64,000 nt of DNA from Callorhinchus milii (GCF_018977255.1 NW_024704742.1:111416001-111480000), one strand, 5' to 3'; shown: positions 1-12,278, counted from the first letter of the stretch. The notes: generated by a model from the sequence alone, not told the origin. Numbers and translations are program-made.

Positions 1-1624
1 GTTTATATTAGAATGCATTTAATTAGTAGGTACATATTTGCAAGCGTTATGTATGTAAATAGGCTGCGTCAGTGATATATCACTGTATCTTTTGAGTGAA
101 ATTACTCCCTGATACTGAATTTTTGGTGCTGTTTTGAATGCTGCAGTTGATTCTTTTACTGCACAGAGAGCTCAGTAGTTTTCTTTTAATTGGTAGATTT
201 CCTTCCCTGAAGAGCTCAGATGTTCCCCTCTTCCTCTTGCAGCCTTCCTAAGGGCAGTCAGAAGAGGTGAGACAGCCACAGGCTCCCTGGCATCATCAGG
301 AGCCAATGCCATCTGAACGCTGCTTCTCAACCTACAAGAGCTGTCAAGATACTGCACCACAGCAAGACACCCTACTTTAATACCCCAGACAGCAACTGAC
401 AAAATGCATCATAAGAGTGGCTGGTGGATTCATGTGTCGCACAACCTTGCGACCAAGCGTCCTGTTAACCAAAACGTTAACACATTATCCATACATTTTA
501 GGTTCATTTTGGTTCCTCTTGTATGCACAGCTTTGGGTATTGTCAAGACTGGGAATCACACTGTTCACTGCTTCTGAATTTATTTTAGTCAAAGATGTCA
601 GCTCCCAAGTCAATTTATTTTAAACCACATGTCTCCACACGTCAATCCGCAAATGTTGTCTAGAATGGTCTAACAAAGAAAAATATATAGGATTATCTAC
701 AAAATGTCTCCGAAGGAAAAGGGCATTATCAGGATGATCAGCAGTAAGTGAATAGAAGGCTCAGGTCATCTGGTTGTTGTCACCATCAACAAGTGTACTG
801 TTTATCAGTGAGGCTCCAAACTCCGAACGTAAGGAATGCCAACAAAGGGAATGATAAGAATGGAAGAGGAAGAAATAAAGAGGAAAAAAGGAAGGAAGGA
901 CTGATGGACAGATGGATAACATGATAGAAATACAAATAGTATTGCTTTTGAAATTGGACTTAACCTATCTAAATCCCAAGACATAATATTTGAAAGGTCT
1001 AAAGGGACTTTGCCGGTGACCCCAGTTCAAAAATACAGGGTTATCATATGAGTAAATGTGTGAGCCAGTAGAGTGAAGAAAAATAAGTAATCTGAAACTC
1101 AATTTTAACTGGATGTTTTAAATGTATGGCTTGGCAGAACTTTTACAAATTTTCCCAGTATGAAATAATGGTGGAGAGAGTTCTTTCTGAGAATTCTCAG
1201 AAAACTGGCTGGACAAATTCTTCATTTTAAACCAATGATTGTGTGAAAACTTATTGTGGCTTGTGAATATCGTGCTCTGGTCCATGTCACACAACATCCA
1301 CAGGACCTTTCACATGAGAAAAATTCCTGACAACTATTCCCTTGAAACATTTCTCATTGCAGTCAGTCCCTGTGCATTCTGTTCCCATATTAAGGAAATC
1401 AATCAGTTGAAAGACTTTGGTGATGTTTCCAGTGGTGTTCTCAGACCTTCTGTGTAAAAGAAAATGAAACTTAAGAGCAGACACCGTTCATAAAGGGTGG
1501 CATTGTGTGCTGTATGCTGACATCCTTGTGCATTGTGTCAAGGATAGACTTGTTATTTTGTCAAGGTAAGTGTTAGGGAATTAATCATCTTAAAATATTA
1601 AAAGCCATATAGATATTACTAAAA

Positions 1625-1679
1625 GTGAAAATGCAATATTCAATGTGATATTCATGACATTGAATGTCGCATTTTTCAT
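1625..1679. repeat. Short imperfect palindrome, MITE-like relic of the GGGTGAAA-ended family
   Basis: Left arm GTGAAAATGCAATATTCAATGTGAT vs reverse complement of right arm ATGAAAAATGCGACATTCAATGTCAT; termini resemble the TIRs at 40058 and 40827. Confidence 0.5.
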
Positions 1680-1794
1680 CCTAATAGTTATATTTGATAA
1701 AACACCAAATTACATATGTTTGGATCAAAATTCCAATGCAGTTATTCTGAAATAGTAAAAGGGTTTCTAAGTTTAAAAAAAACAATAAAACTAA

Positions 1795-1969
1795 AATAAA
1801 TCCTTGCCTTTGGTATACGCCTTTCACATCAGAAGGATGTCCCAAAGCGCTTCACAGAATTTACCATAAAGTGGTGTGACTGTATTTGAGTTCAAGTCCT
1901 GATGTGGGGCTTGATCCCACAACCTTCTGACTCAGAGGCGAGAGTGCTACCACTGAACCAACCTGACAC
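1795..1969 (-). mobile_element. SINE family B (tRNA head, DeuSINE/SacSINE1-like), internally deleted
   Basis: Minus strand head GTGTCAGGTTGGTTCAGTGGTAGCACTCTCGCCTCTGAGTCAGAAGGTTGTGGGATCAAGCCCC joined almost directly to the tail GTGAAGCGCTTTGGGACATCC. Confidence 0.8.
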
Positions 1970-2579
1970 ATGTGGGAATGTTAACACCATCCATAAATAA
2001 AAATTAATTTTATTTTTATAAAAATGTGCGGATGAACTTATTGTTAAAATATTATTTATTGGTTATTCTTAATGTCTTGTTCATATAAAGTTAAAGAAAA
2101 ATCTAGTAAGCATAAACATTCAACAAAGCGCAAATCACCACCACCATCCCCAACCAAGACACCTAACATGCCGACACCTTGAAATCATAAGTGTTATATG
2201 TTCTGCAGATGCAAAAGTACCTACACATCCCCTCCCCAAAGCATTTTGTAATTCCTGAATGTTTGTCATTCATTACGCAATTCTCCAATGGAGGGTTTGG
2301 TGCCATGCAGAATCATATTTATATATTACTGGAGTGTGTGGGGGAAATGTGTGAAAAATGCATAACATTTTGCATGAACTACCTCAGGTGAAATCCAGGG
2401 GATCTGGACCATGAATAAACTACAGTAATGTCTTGGTGTCTGACATTCACCCCATCCCCCGCACACAGAATTTGGTATTTATTAGAACAAAATAAGTCTT
2501 AAAGTTTCCCCCAAATTCTGCTACTTTCAAATTATTTTGTTGATAAAGATTTGCAGAGCATCTAGCCAATATTGCCTCA

Positions 2580-2775
2580 AAGTGCTTCACCAAATCAGTT
2601 ACTCTGAAGAGCAGTGACTGTTGTTACGCAGACAAATGTGGCCGTGATTGGCGCCAGCAACATCCCATCAACAGTAATGAGATAAACGATGAAGCCGTTT
2701 TTGGTGAATTTGGATGAAGACACTGAGTAAACTCTCTGCTCTTCAAATAGTAACATGGGATCTTTGATGCCTACT
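2580..2775 (-). mobile_element. Old Deu-domain SINE fragment
   Basis: Minus strand AAAGATCCCATGTTACTATTTGAAGAGCAG...CTCATTACTGTTGATGGGATGTTGCTG...GTGAAGCACTTTG matches other family B copies. Confidence 0.7.
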
Positions 2776-4130
2776 TGAAAGGCATGGAATTTTGTTGGCA
2801 TGTTTCATGGTAACCAGATTGATCCTGCCATGCTTTTATGTACAAACACAACAGTTTTAAAGTTCTAACAGATCCAAGAAAACCAAAACAAGTATTGTTC
2901 AAAAATACTGTTTTAAACAGATTTCTGAAACAAGTTACTGAGCAAAAGCTGTTTTGTTTATTTAGCAATCCACAGTCAAAGATTGTGGGCTCTTAACTAA
3001 AGAGCAAGAACAGAGATTACCAATGTAGGGAGGAAGCAATTTAAAGAGGCAATTTTATCAATGATCAATTTAATGCTATGAACAGAGATGCTGAACTTGT
3101 CTTTCTTGAACAAAATATTTAAAGGGGACATGATCCATGTGTTTAAAAGGTAAAGAGCGTGGATAATGTAGGTATTACTTTTTTTTACTGGGCCTGTGAG
3201 CAAAGAACAAAGAAAACATGCGAATACATGGCTTTAAACGAGACCAGCTTTTCAAAGAAATTATATTTTTTCTGTAGATATCGGGAACAGATTTGCAGGC
3301 AAAGCAGTTACCAAAAAGAGTGGGATGAAAACAGCATCTGGTTGAGAAACAACTGAAGAATAACAATAGATGTAGATGATCAAATGGTGTAAGAAGCATG
3401 ACCGGGTGCTCCTGAGACTATGAAAATGCCATAGGTGGAAGGTGGTTAGTCAATATTATATGCTGTAGGTTGTTATGTTAGATTAATACTCTGGAGTTTC
3501 CTCAATTACCTTCTTGATCATTTTGTTTGTGGTATTCAAAAGCTTAAGTGACCCGAGACAAGATATTGTAATGCAAATGGTAGTACGGGGGAGAAAAATC
3601 CTCAATGGTCTGAATGGCCTTTTCATCTTCCATATTTCCTTATGAATTTTAAGTGGGAGAATGGAAAGAATAGATCACTCATATACCTATCATTGACAGA
3701 GGCCTGTTTTGTCAGCTGGCATTGTGTAGAGCTGCAAATGTGAAACAGTTTGCCAAAAAAAACAAAAAAAGGATCACTTCCAAAGGGAGTGATGGTCCCA
3801 TAAGGCATGTGAGTACATTTGAATATGAAAGACTGGGAGATACTTCCTAGTGTTGTTCGTCCCCACGAGGTAGTGTAACACAAGTGTTACACCTCAAGAT
3901 GACTGTTGAAATAAATGAAAGGTGAGCTGTAAAATGCCAGCTTTTGATCACAGAACTGCATTAGCTTTGAGTGAACCATTGGGGTGATGATTTGTTTTAA
4001 TACTTGATGTACAAAATGTCCTCCAGAAATGTTTTCCCTTTCATTGTGTACAGATCACATTTTAAAAGCAATCATCAAATATGCTTTTTGTCAAATTAAT
4101 ATATCTTGTATCTCCAGCTACATCTTCTTC

Positions 4131-4438
4131 TCTACACTAATAAAGATGGTGTGTCTGTGTGTGTGTCTGCCAAGAACCCAATAACCGATTGACTTAGAGA
4201 TGTGATTTATACCTTATCGGAAAGGTCTTATATGATGGAATGTCATGGGCATATTTTTTTCCAGGAATCTCCTATTGTTGATGAGCTATATTAAAAAATG
4301 CTTTTATTAAACCCCCAAAAAGGTATGCATTGTATTCTGCAACAAAGTAGTGACAGAGGTTCCATATCCTTCGAGATAGTGGGAGGCTCCAGTGGGAGGA
4401 CTCCTGTGGGAGGACTCCTGGTTGGGAGGCCAGTATTA
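4131..4438 (+). mobile_element. Non-autonomous Helitron, 5' portion without a clear 3' end of its own
   Basis: Starts TCTACACTAATAAAGA; the first ~145 bp align with the Helitrons at 4439 and 28114. Confidence 0.7.
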
Positions 4439-5004
4439 TCTATACTAATAAAGACAAAATGTCTGTCTGTGTGTCTGTCTAACTGATTGACGTAGAGATA
4501 TGATTTATACCTCATTGGAAAGGTCTTGCATAGGGGTGTGTCATGGACATTTTTTTTCAGGGATCTCCTATTGTGACCTAAACAAGCTCATCACACATGT
4601 ATGGACTCCAACAAGGAGTCCTGCTAACATGAGTCCTCCAAGAGGAGTCCTCACACAGGAGTCCTACCACCAGGAGTTCTCCCAACAGGAGTTCTCCCAA
4701 CAGGAGTCCTCCCAACCAGAACGCTTTCTAACCAGGAGTTCTCCCTACAGGAGTCCTCCCACTGAGTCTTCCCACTAAGTCCTCCCAACACGAGTCTTCC
4801 CACAGGACTCCTCCCAAAAGGATATGTGTACAAATATGTGAACAAGGGATGCTAACGAGTTCAATAGCACATTTTTTTAATCTTAAAGGATAAAAATGAC
4901 TAAGAAGCAAAGATCAAGCCTTTCAAGGACAAATAAAAATGCCAGGTGAAAGAGGGAAGGCCGATTAAATGAAATGCAAGCGTAGCTGCAACGGGTACAG
5001 CTAG
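4439..5004 (+). mobile_element. Non-autonomous Helitron with internal minisatellite
   Basis: A|TCTATACTAATAAAG 5' end, CTAG|T 3' end, subterminal hairpin remnant TGCAAGCGTAGCTGCA, no TSD; homologous to 28114-28529. Confidence 0.85.
4610..4818 (+). repeat. ~15-bp minisatellite (CAGGAGTCCTCCCAA-like), about 14 degenerate units, inside the Helitron
   Basis: Directly visible tandem units; they produce the repetitive ORFs GRTPVGRTPV and QQEFSQQEFS. Confidence 0.9.
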
Positions 5005-5699
5005 TATTCTATAAGGCTTTAAAATTTGTGTTTATATGATTTTGAGGCAAAGGAGTTTCTAATGCTGTAATCCCACTGTTTTAGTTAAAATGATAAAACT
5101 CAATTGACAGGTTCCCTGTGAGACTCCTGTGCTCTGTGTACATTGGAATGACTCATAAGAGAAGCCTGATGAAATACCTTATCAAAATCTTGCTGAAGGC
5201 TGCACGCTTGACCAACACAGTTTTGTTTCAATGGCTTACTTAATAGTTTTGACATAAAGTACCCAACTACCAGCTAAAAAAACACATTGTTGAGCTGGAA
5301 TATGAAGAATGCTGCGTGTTCTTGTGTGCTGATATTTTTAATGCTTATAAAAATAAATATTGTTGCTTCCAGGTTACAACTTCACTTAGATCTTGGACCA
5401 CTCTCTCCTCCAACTCTCAGGTTTCTATCTGCTAAAATATTTTTCCTCAAATATTGCTTATAGCATTCTTGATCCAGCAGTGAGAAGCTCCCATTTATTT
5501 AGTACGCTGATATGTTGGGCTACCTAATATGCAAACAATATAAAAACCTATTACATTGAAATTGCAATACTCTTGCATATAAAACTGAGATTTTAGATCA
5601 AGATTAACGCTGTATGGAATCCACTCTGATATAAGATCTGTTTTATTTGTTTGCAAGTGCACTGTGCTATGACATAAATCACTCTTTTACTTGAGAATA

Positions 5700-6160
5700 C
5701 AATACGAATTACATTTGTATAGCGCCTTTCATGTTGGACGGACATCCCATGGCCCTGGACAGACAGAGTTATGGACCCAAGCTGAGGGTCGGGGTGGGGG
5801 AGGGTGGAGGGCAGAGGGGGGAAGCAGGGAGATCGAAAGCACAGTCGAAGAGGAGGGTCTTGAGGTGGGTCTTGAAGGAGGGGGCGAGACGGAGGGACTG
5901 CGGGATGGAGTTCCAGAGGGTGGGTGCAGAATGGCGGAAGGCCCGCCCGCCGATAGTGGGGCGAGCAAGGCGGGGGACATGAAGCAAGCCGGAGCCCGCT
6001 GAGCGGAGGGAGCGAACAGGGTGGTAGGTTGTTAGGAGGTCGGAGAGGTAGTGGGGTGCAAGACCGTGGAGGGCTTTGAAGGTGAGGACCAGGATCATGA
6101 ACTGTATCCTCTGTGTGATGGGAAGCCAGTGGAGTTGGGCAAGGATGGGAGTGATAGGGT
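5700..6160 (-). mobile_element. L2 LINE 3' fragment
   Basis: ORF 5769..6098 ILVLTFKALHGLAPHYLSDLL...LWNSIP...FKTHLKTLLF is the L2 ORF2 C-terminus; L2 3' stem-loop near 5720-5760. Confidence 0.92.
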
Positions 6161-6164
6161 CGCA

Positions 6165-6300
6165 AGTAAGGAAACTTGCCTAACGTTTTGCCCTGCTTGC
6201 GAGGCGAGTGTTCTAACCACTAAACTACAGGACTAAAGTTAAGGCTGTATTTAAAAAATTGCTAAATTTTGTACCACTCTATAATATATGGAGTAAATCT
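6165..6300 (-). mobile_element. SINE family A head with an upstream AT-rich spacer
   Basis: Minus strand AGTCCTGTAGTTTAGTGGTTAGAACACTCGCC...GGCAAGTTTCCTTAC, preceded by ~65 bp homologous to 43010-43078. Confidence 0.75.
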
Positions 6301-6342
6301 AGACCCAGGTAAAATTTCTCCTCAAGAAATTTCTTCTCCTTT

Positions 6343-7010
6343 GTCCTTTCTCCCCCACATCCGTGCCATGACTGGCACTGCCTACCACCACCTCCGCAAC
6401 ATTGCCAGACTCCCCCACTGCCTCACCCCTCAGGCTGCTGAAACCCTCACCCATGCATTTGTCACATCAAGGCTCGATTACGGGAACTCCCTCTTCATTG
6501 GCCTTCCCAACTCCTCCTTTCACAAACTGCAGATCGTGTACTCTCGCGCACCAGGCTCCGTGACCGCATCACTCCCACCCTCGCTGGACTCCACTGGCTC
6601 CCCATCCACCAGAGGATTGAGTTCAAGATCCTTGTCCTCACTTTCAGCCCCCTCCTACCTCTCTGACCTGCTGATTTCCTACCAACCTGCCCGTTCCCTC
6701 AGTTCAGCAGGCTCCAGCCTGCTCCATGTCTCGACCCGCCCTACCATCAGCGGCCGGGCTTTCAGCTCCTCTGCCCCCACACTTGGTCCCTTCACCTCAC
6801 TTCCTCCCTTGTCTCCTTCAAGGCCGGTCTCAAGACCCTTCTCTTCGAGCAAGCCTTTGGTCTCCCTCCCACCTCTCTGCCTTGCCTCACCCCTAAACCA
6901 CCCCTCCCCCATACTCGGGCCCCGACATATGACTGTTCAGCGCTTTGGGAAGTCCTCCCGACGTGAAATGCGCTCTATAAATGTAATTTTGTTGTTGTTG
7001 TTATTGTTGA
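6343..7010 (+). mobile_element. L2 LINE 3' fragment with small deletions and (TTG)n tail
   Basis: LSFLPHIR...HLRNIARL...[19 protein letters not shown]; tail CTCTATAAATGTAATTTTGTTGTTG. Confidence 0.92.
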
Positions 7011-7264
7011 ATATTATGTACTGGAAACATACATCACAAGAACTGGAAACATTATGAACTGAGAGAATTAAAAAGAGTCTTAGGGTGAATCTGACTAGAG
7101 TCCGAAAAGCGTGTTGATGTGGAATAATGCTCTCATAGGGAGTAGAAAGTCTTTGATAACCTGATGAAACATTATGACTGAGTTGGTAAGCAAATCAGAA
7201 GTACTCGTTCTCCAAACGAAAGCTGTCCAGTGCAGAATTGATAATTAGCCTTACTCTTATTGGA

Positions 7265-7365
7265 CAGGGGAATAGGAGGATAGACACTTGTATAGAGCAC
7301 AGAATGGTTGGGCAGAATGACCTGTTTCCATACAGTTTTATTTTGTGTAATTCTATGGAACTATG
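7265..7365 (+). mobile_element. CR1 LINE 3' end relic
   Basis: GAATGGTTGGGCAGAATGACCTGTTTCC...TGTGTAATTCTATG resembles CR1 3' termini. Confidence 0.55.
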
Positions 7366-7954
7366 TCCTAAAACTCCCTCTTGATGGTTAGAAAATCTGT
7401 CTTGAACTTCAACTGCATATTGTATTCAGGAATGACCCAAACATCGTCAAAATGCTGGATCTCAAAAGCACATCCACAAAGAGGAGTTGGCAGTGTATTG
7501 TTTTTGAACTAAACCTCTAAACTGCTTCATTAACAATCAGTAATATGTCTCAAATCTCAAGGTAGAAGGTGTCAAGTCTTTGTGAACAAAAATCAGAGGA
7601 GTTCAGACTCACTGGCTACAGAAGATAATCACTGATTGACCTTTTGCACTCATAAAAACATCATATTTGTGACACCAGGGATTATAGAACTCCCTGCAGG
7701 TTCTGGTGACCAAAGGGTTAAGCTCAGCTTTTTGATCTCACAGGGATGAGTATTCACTGTGATTTGTGTTTGCTTCAGTCGCTGGCAACACATGTCTTTC
7801 ATTGCACTAACTGTAACATGCAATACTGCTAAAGCCTCCCAGACACAGAGCTGAAGAAGAAATAGCTACGTTTATATTTTATTGCACCTGAGGAAAAATT
7901 ATTAATCTTTAAGGAAGTGGCTGTTGTTAAGCTTTACTTCAGGTGTTGCAAAGT

Positions 7955-8345
7955 GTAGCACTCCAGTTCAGTGGTTAGAGCACTCGCCTCCCAACTGAGA
8001 GACCTGGGTTCAATTCCCGGCTGGGGGAAATGTTGGGCAAGTTTCCTTACTCCACATGGCTCTGTTTACCTAGCAGTAAGTAGGAACCCGGTTGTTAGTC
8101 GATATGGGGATCACTTTTTGGGGGGGTTATAATTCCTCCAAAAATAATAATAATAAATTGGTCACTTCAATCCACGACTGTTTGTGGGACACTTCTGTTT
8201 GCAATTGGCTGCTGCCTTTTACCCACAAAGTATACAATCAACTCACTTTACAGTATATTCTGTGAAGCGCTTTGCAACGTCTCAAAGATGTGATAAGGCG
8301 CTATATCAAATGCAAGGATTATTATTATGATTATTATTATTATTA
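7955..8345 (+). mobile_element. SINE family A, near full length
   Basis: Pol III A box CAGTGGTTAGAGC and B box GGTTCAATTCC; core CTCTGTTTACCTAGCAGTAAGTAGGAACC; Deu-like CTGTTTGTGGGACAC...AATTGGCTGC; L2-like tail plus (ATT)n. Confidence 0.9.
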
Positions 8346-9749
8346 AAGGGATCAAACAGCGTGTTTGTGTTGTGCCCTTGTTATTCTACTGGTCAGTTTG
8401 TGATGTAATTAAATAGGATACAGGGCATTGCAGTGTCCCAATAAATATTGATTTATTGTTTTCCTTTTTTCAAAATTAATATTTCTGCTGATTCTTTCGT
8501 ACTTAATATAATCCTTATATTTGGCCTTTCGGATCAGGAGGATGTGAATTCCACCCAATATACTTACCAGGATATACTGTAAAGTGGAGTGACTGTGTGT
8601 GATTTTGTGGCCAAACTTATCAAGATGAGGGATGTCAGGAATGGGATGGAACATACTTCCATTTTAGGCACCAGGTTCATCACCAAGCATTTGCAGGTCA
8701 CACAGAGGCGAGACGAAGAATAAGAGAGTCTCAACAACATTCCAAAAATGTGTCATCATAACCCTAATCTCAAGGGGTCATCTCTTCTGTACCAATATGA
8801 GTTTTGTTCGCATTTTACGAGCCAACTACCCTTGTGACCACACTAAACAAGAGTGGCAGTTGTGTGACTACTTGTCCCAAGTCACCGTCATGGTATGTGC
8901 CCACTAGGGACTGTGTTCAAACTGCCCAAAATTATTTCATGTAGGTCCCTTACAACCAAAAGACAGAAAGAGAGTGAGAGAGAGAAAGAGAGAGAGATAT
9001 AGAGGAAGCATTGCTTACATCAAACTGAGATGCATTCAAAATCATGTTCAAGAAGTGAAAGATGATTGCTATCCCATGTGCACCACCTCGTCCCCACTGT
9101 ATTGCTCTCTTTGGTGCATTTCTTATAAAACTATAAAGGATTGTAATTTACTCTGCATGCATGTTCTTTGAGAAAAGGAAAGAATTTTCACAAGTCACTA
9201 ATAATTATCATATGATATTGATCTGAAAATCGACAGATGAACTGGGCAGAAGGACAACAATAGACTTTGGGGGTTTTGTACATTCTAATGTAAAGATCTA
9301 AAAGATCCTGTTCAACCAGTATGTGTAACAGACAAATGCTGTAATATTGTCACACTGTCTTAAATTTATAACTTGGTGCCTCATTTACGATGCAAAATCA
9401 CATTGTGTTTGTCTTAATGCAAACTGAATGCAATCTCCCCCAGCTACACACATCTTTGACCCGACCTACTTCATGCACCAGATGGCATCAAATTATCAGT
9501 CCGACAGAGGTAGATAGTGATGTAGAGCTCGGATTCCCAACACAGACGATTGGCAGTTTGATTCCCTGCCATTGACTCAACTTTGAACTTGCTTGTTCCC
9601 ACTGAGCCACTTACTGGACTGTAACATGGAGCATCAAGCTGCAGGAGACACTTTATCTCAAAGGTATGAAAGGAATAACAGGCAGGAGTATTCCTGTTGT
9701 ACAATGTTTAGCTGGTGGTTGATCACAGGGTAACATAGACAATGGGCAC

Positions 9750-10145
9750 AGAGGAGGAAACTGTGGCCCAAACCGTATGGCATTTCCACTTGATGGAAGG
9801 AGCCTTGTAATGGAAACAAGAATAAGGGCAGTGGCAGTATAAAGTTGAATAATCACAAGATCACAAGAGAGGTTTTGTTGAAGAGGTGATTTGACCCATT
9901 TGATTTCAGCCTTCCAGAGTATCAATTGTAATGATGAAGGAGATTGGAAGGTCGGTAGTGGCATCAAGAAGGATGAGAGCACAGGAAGCACTAGTTACTG
10001 ACTGTTAGGATATCATTGGTGATTTGGATGAGATCCAGCTGAATGCTAAGTTTGGAGATCTTTAATAGAACAAGCAGTGGAGAGGGAGGAAAATAGTTGG
10101 GAGATGATGATACATTTCAAACTTTGGAGGAAAAGGACAGGTTAT
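9750..10145 (-). mobile_element. Highly decayed L2 RT fragment
   Basis: Minus-strand translation gives NLSFSSKV and LIQITNDIL, compared with NLPFLSKV and LVKVTNDI in the younger L2 at 19690-21345. Confidence 0.55.
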
Positions 10146-11009
10146 TCATAAAGAGACTGCAAATATTGCTTTTCATATTTTATCCAAGGCTCCAAGATTA
10201 ATTGCTGACATACTTTTAATGATAAAAAAAATGAAAATGAGTAAAGCCAGTGGAACAATATAAACTGAGATACCTAAGTCCGAAACTTGCTTGAAATTTA
10301 TGTGGAGGAATCCCACCAAAATGTGGTTCAGCCAAGACGACGATTAGGTCCCAAGCCAACAATAGGAAAGAAGATCGACAGGGCACTGATCCTGGCCCAC
10401 ACTGCAGCTGATGCTTGACAAGGACAGAGCCTCCTCAGAGAGCTAGCATCACATGACTCCACTTGCATCTCCCGAAGCCTAGAGTGTGTCACTTGGGAGG
10501 ATCTGAAGGTGAAAAAAATTAAGCTTAAAATTGCAAACAAAATAAAAAAGGAAAAGAATGGTAACATTGATAAGGAAGTTCCTGTCTCGTGTATTATGAA
10601 TTTTTAACAGCGTTTGAAATTTTGCACTAATAGATGCTCTGCTGCAAAGCAACAGCACTGGCATCTCACAGAAGTGAAATCATGACTTGGTAGAATGAAA
10701 GCTCAGCATGGCTTTTCCATAACAGTGAGGACCCTCTGGGAAATTACCTGTATTTCATTGGATAGCACCCTGCAGTTATCTGTTCTGTTACTGACAGCTC
10801 ATTTAATCTGCCAGTGCTATTTTTTAATTAAAGGCTATGTGTTATTCTTTGGTTTATTTATTCATTATTTCTATCAATTAAAAAACATCCAAAACAAGCT
10901 CAAAATTATTTAAGAGCGAAAACAGAGGAGAAAAATCTGTAGAAAGCAAAGCTTAAATGGTTATGAAATAGCACAGAAAACAAGTATTGGAAACAATGAT
11001 GTGATGGAA

Positions 11010-11380
11010 GGAGTGGTGTAATGGATTATAATGCTACCCTTTTATTGATGGGACCTTAGTCTGAATCCAGTCCAAAATGATGAAATCACAGGCTATTGCT
11101 CTGATGCCTGAGTCCTAAATAAAATGAGGCTGGGGAGTCACAATCCAGCTTCTTATGGGCGAGTTCATATCACAGAACTGTCACAGCTGGCACTAAACTT
11201 GGCAATCTAACTCCGAGAGACTCCAGGGATGGCTGGCGTGGGAAATGGAAATGTCTCACTTGGGTTTTAGAGCATGCATTTCTGAAGCTGGGAGTTAAGG
11301 CACATTGGTGGGGCAAAGTAATGTGAAGTTTACCCGTATAGCCTCTAACCTGGGAGTGCTTTACACTGACACTGGATGTA
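11010..11380 (+). mobile_element. LF-SINE-like ancient SINE
   Basis: Blocks AAATGAGGCTGGGGAGTCACAATCCAGCTTC, CATATCACAGAACTGTCACAGCTGGCACTAA, TTGGCAATCT and GTTAAGGCACATTGGTGGGGCAA occur in the order I recall for the LF-SINE consensus; degenerate tRNA-like head. Confidence 0.65.
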
Positions 11381-11879
11381 AAAGAATTACTTAATTTTAT
11401 ATTGCATGCTACTGTTATCTTTTTGAATGATGGGTATAAAATATTCCGCGCAACGCACATAGACCCTAAATATATCTGAACAAATCTAGCCTTTACTGAT
11501 GCGATTACTGGTATAAGAGTATGAATAAATGTTCTTTGTTGCTGGATCAATTATATCATAAGACATTTTCTGTTGCTATGCTAATAATATCCTAACGGCT
11601 GCTTCTCTGAATGTGCTGTGGCTGTTGCACATGTGATATCAGATTGCTTTTGAAATCAGTGAGAAGTTCTTTTGACACTGGGAATGTTTTCTCGCACAGT
11701 GAAGCAGAGACATTAACCCTTCCCCACCGTATACCACTTGAAACCATTTCCACTGAAAATACAAATAGGAAATAATGCAGGGAAAGGCCTCTTACCTATA
11801 TAAGACAGGTGGAAAAGGGTAGGAAAAACATTCTTGGGGGTAAAGCATTTTATATGAAGATCTGCTGCTGTGGAAAGAA

Positions 11880-12278
11880 CAAGAAACTTACATTTTGATA
11901 TAACACCTTTCAGGATATACTGTAGAGTTTAGTGAGTGTATTTTGTAGACAAACACGGAAGCCAATTTGCACACAGTAGTGTCCAACAAACAGCCATGAA
12001 GTGAATGACAAATTTTATTTGAAGGATTGTTGGCCAGAACACCGGGAGAAACTCCCTTCTCTTTTCAAATAGTGCTATTGGATTTTTAACATCCATCTCA
12101 ACAGGTGGACAGGACCTTAGTTTAACATCTCTTCTGAGATGGCACCTTCAATAGTGCAGCAAATCCTACCATTGCAATGGAGTATCAGACTAGACTATGC
12201 ACATAGCCCAACGTGGGGCTTGAACCCACAATCTTGTAAGTCAAAGGTGAGAGATCTACCAACTGACCAGGCTGATAC
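11880..12278 (-). mobile_element. SINE family B, near full length
   Basis: Head GTATCAGCCTGGTCAGTTGGTAG...GGGTTCAAGCCCC, Deu domain and tail all on the minus strand. Confidence 0.85.

Noticed and set aside
172..402. GC-richer 76-aa minus-strand ORF
   Set aside because: No recognisable homology and no convincing splice or start context
5593..7057. Long Pro/Ser-rich and Gly/Glu-rich ORFs (also 20561-21343, 35744-36538, 57320-57854)
   Set aside because: Alternative-frame or antisense readings of C-rich L2 sequence
8561..8572. ATACTTACCAGG, resembling the U1 snRNA 5' end or a perfect minus-strand donor
   Set aside because: No further U1 sequence follows; the adjacent DNA is a SINE remnant and no acceptor was found
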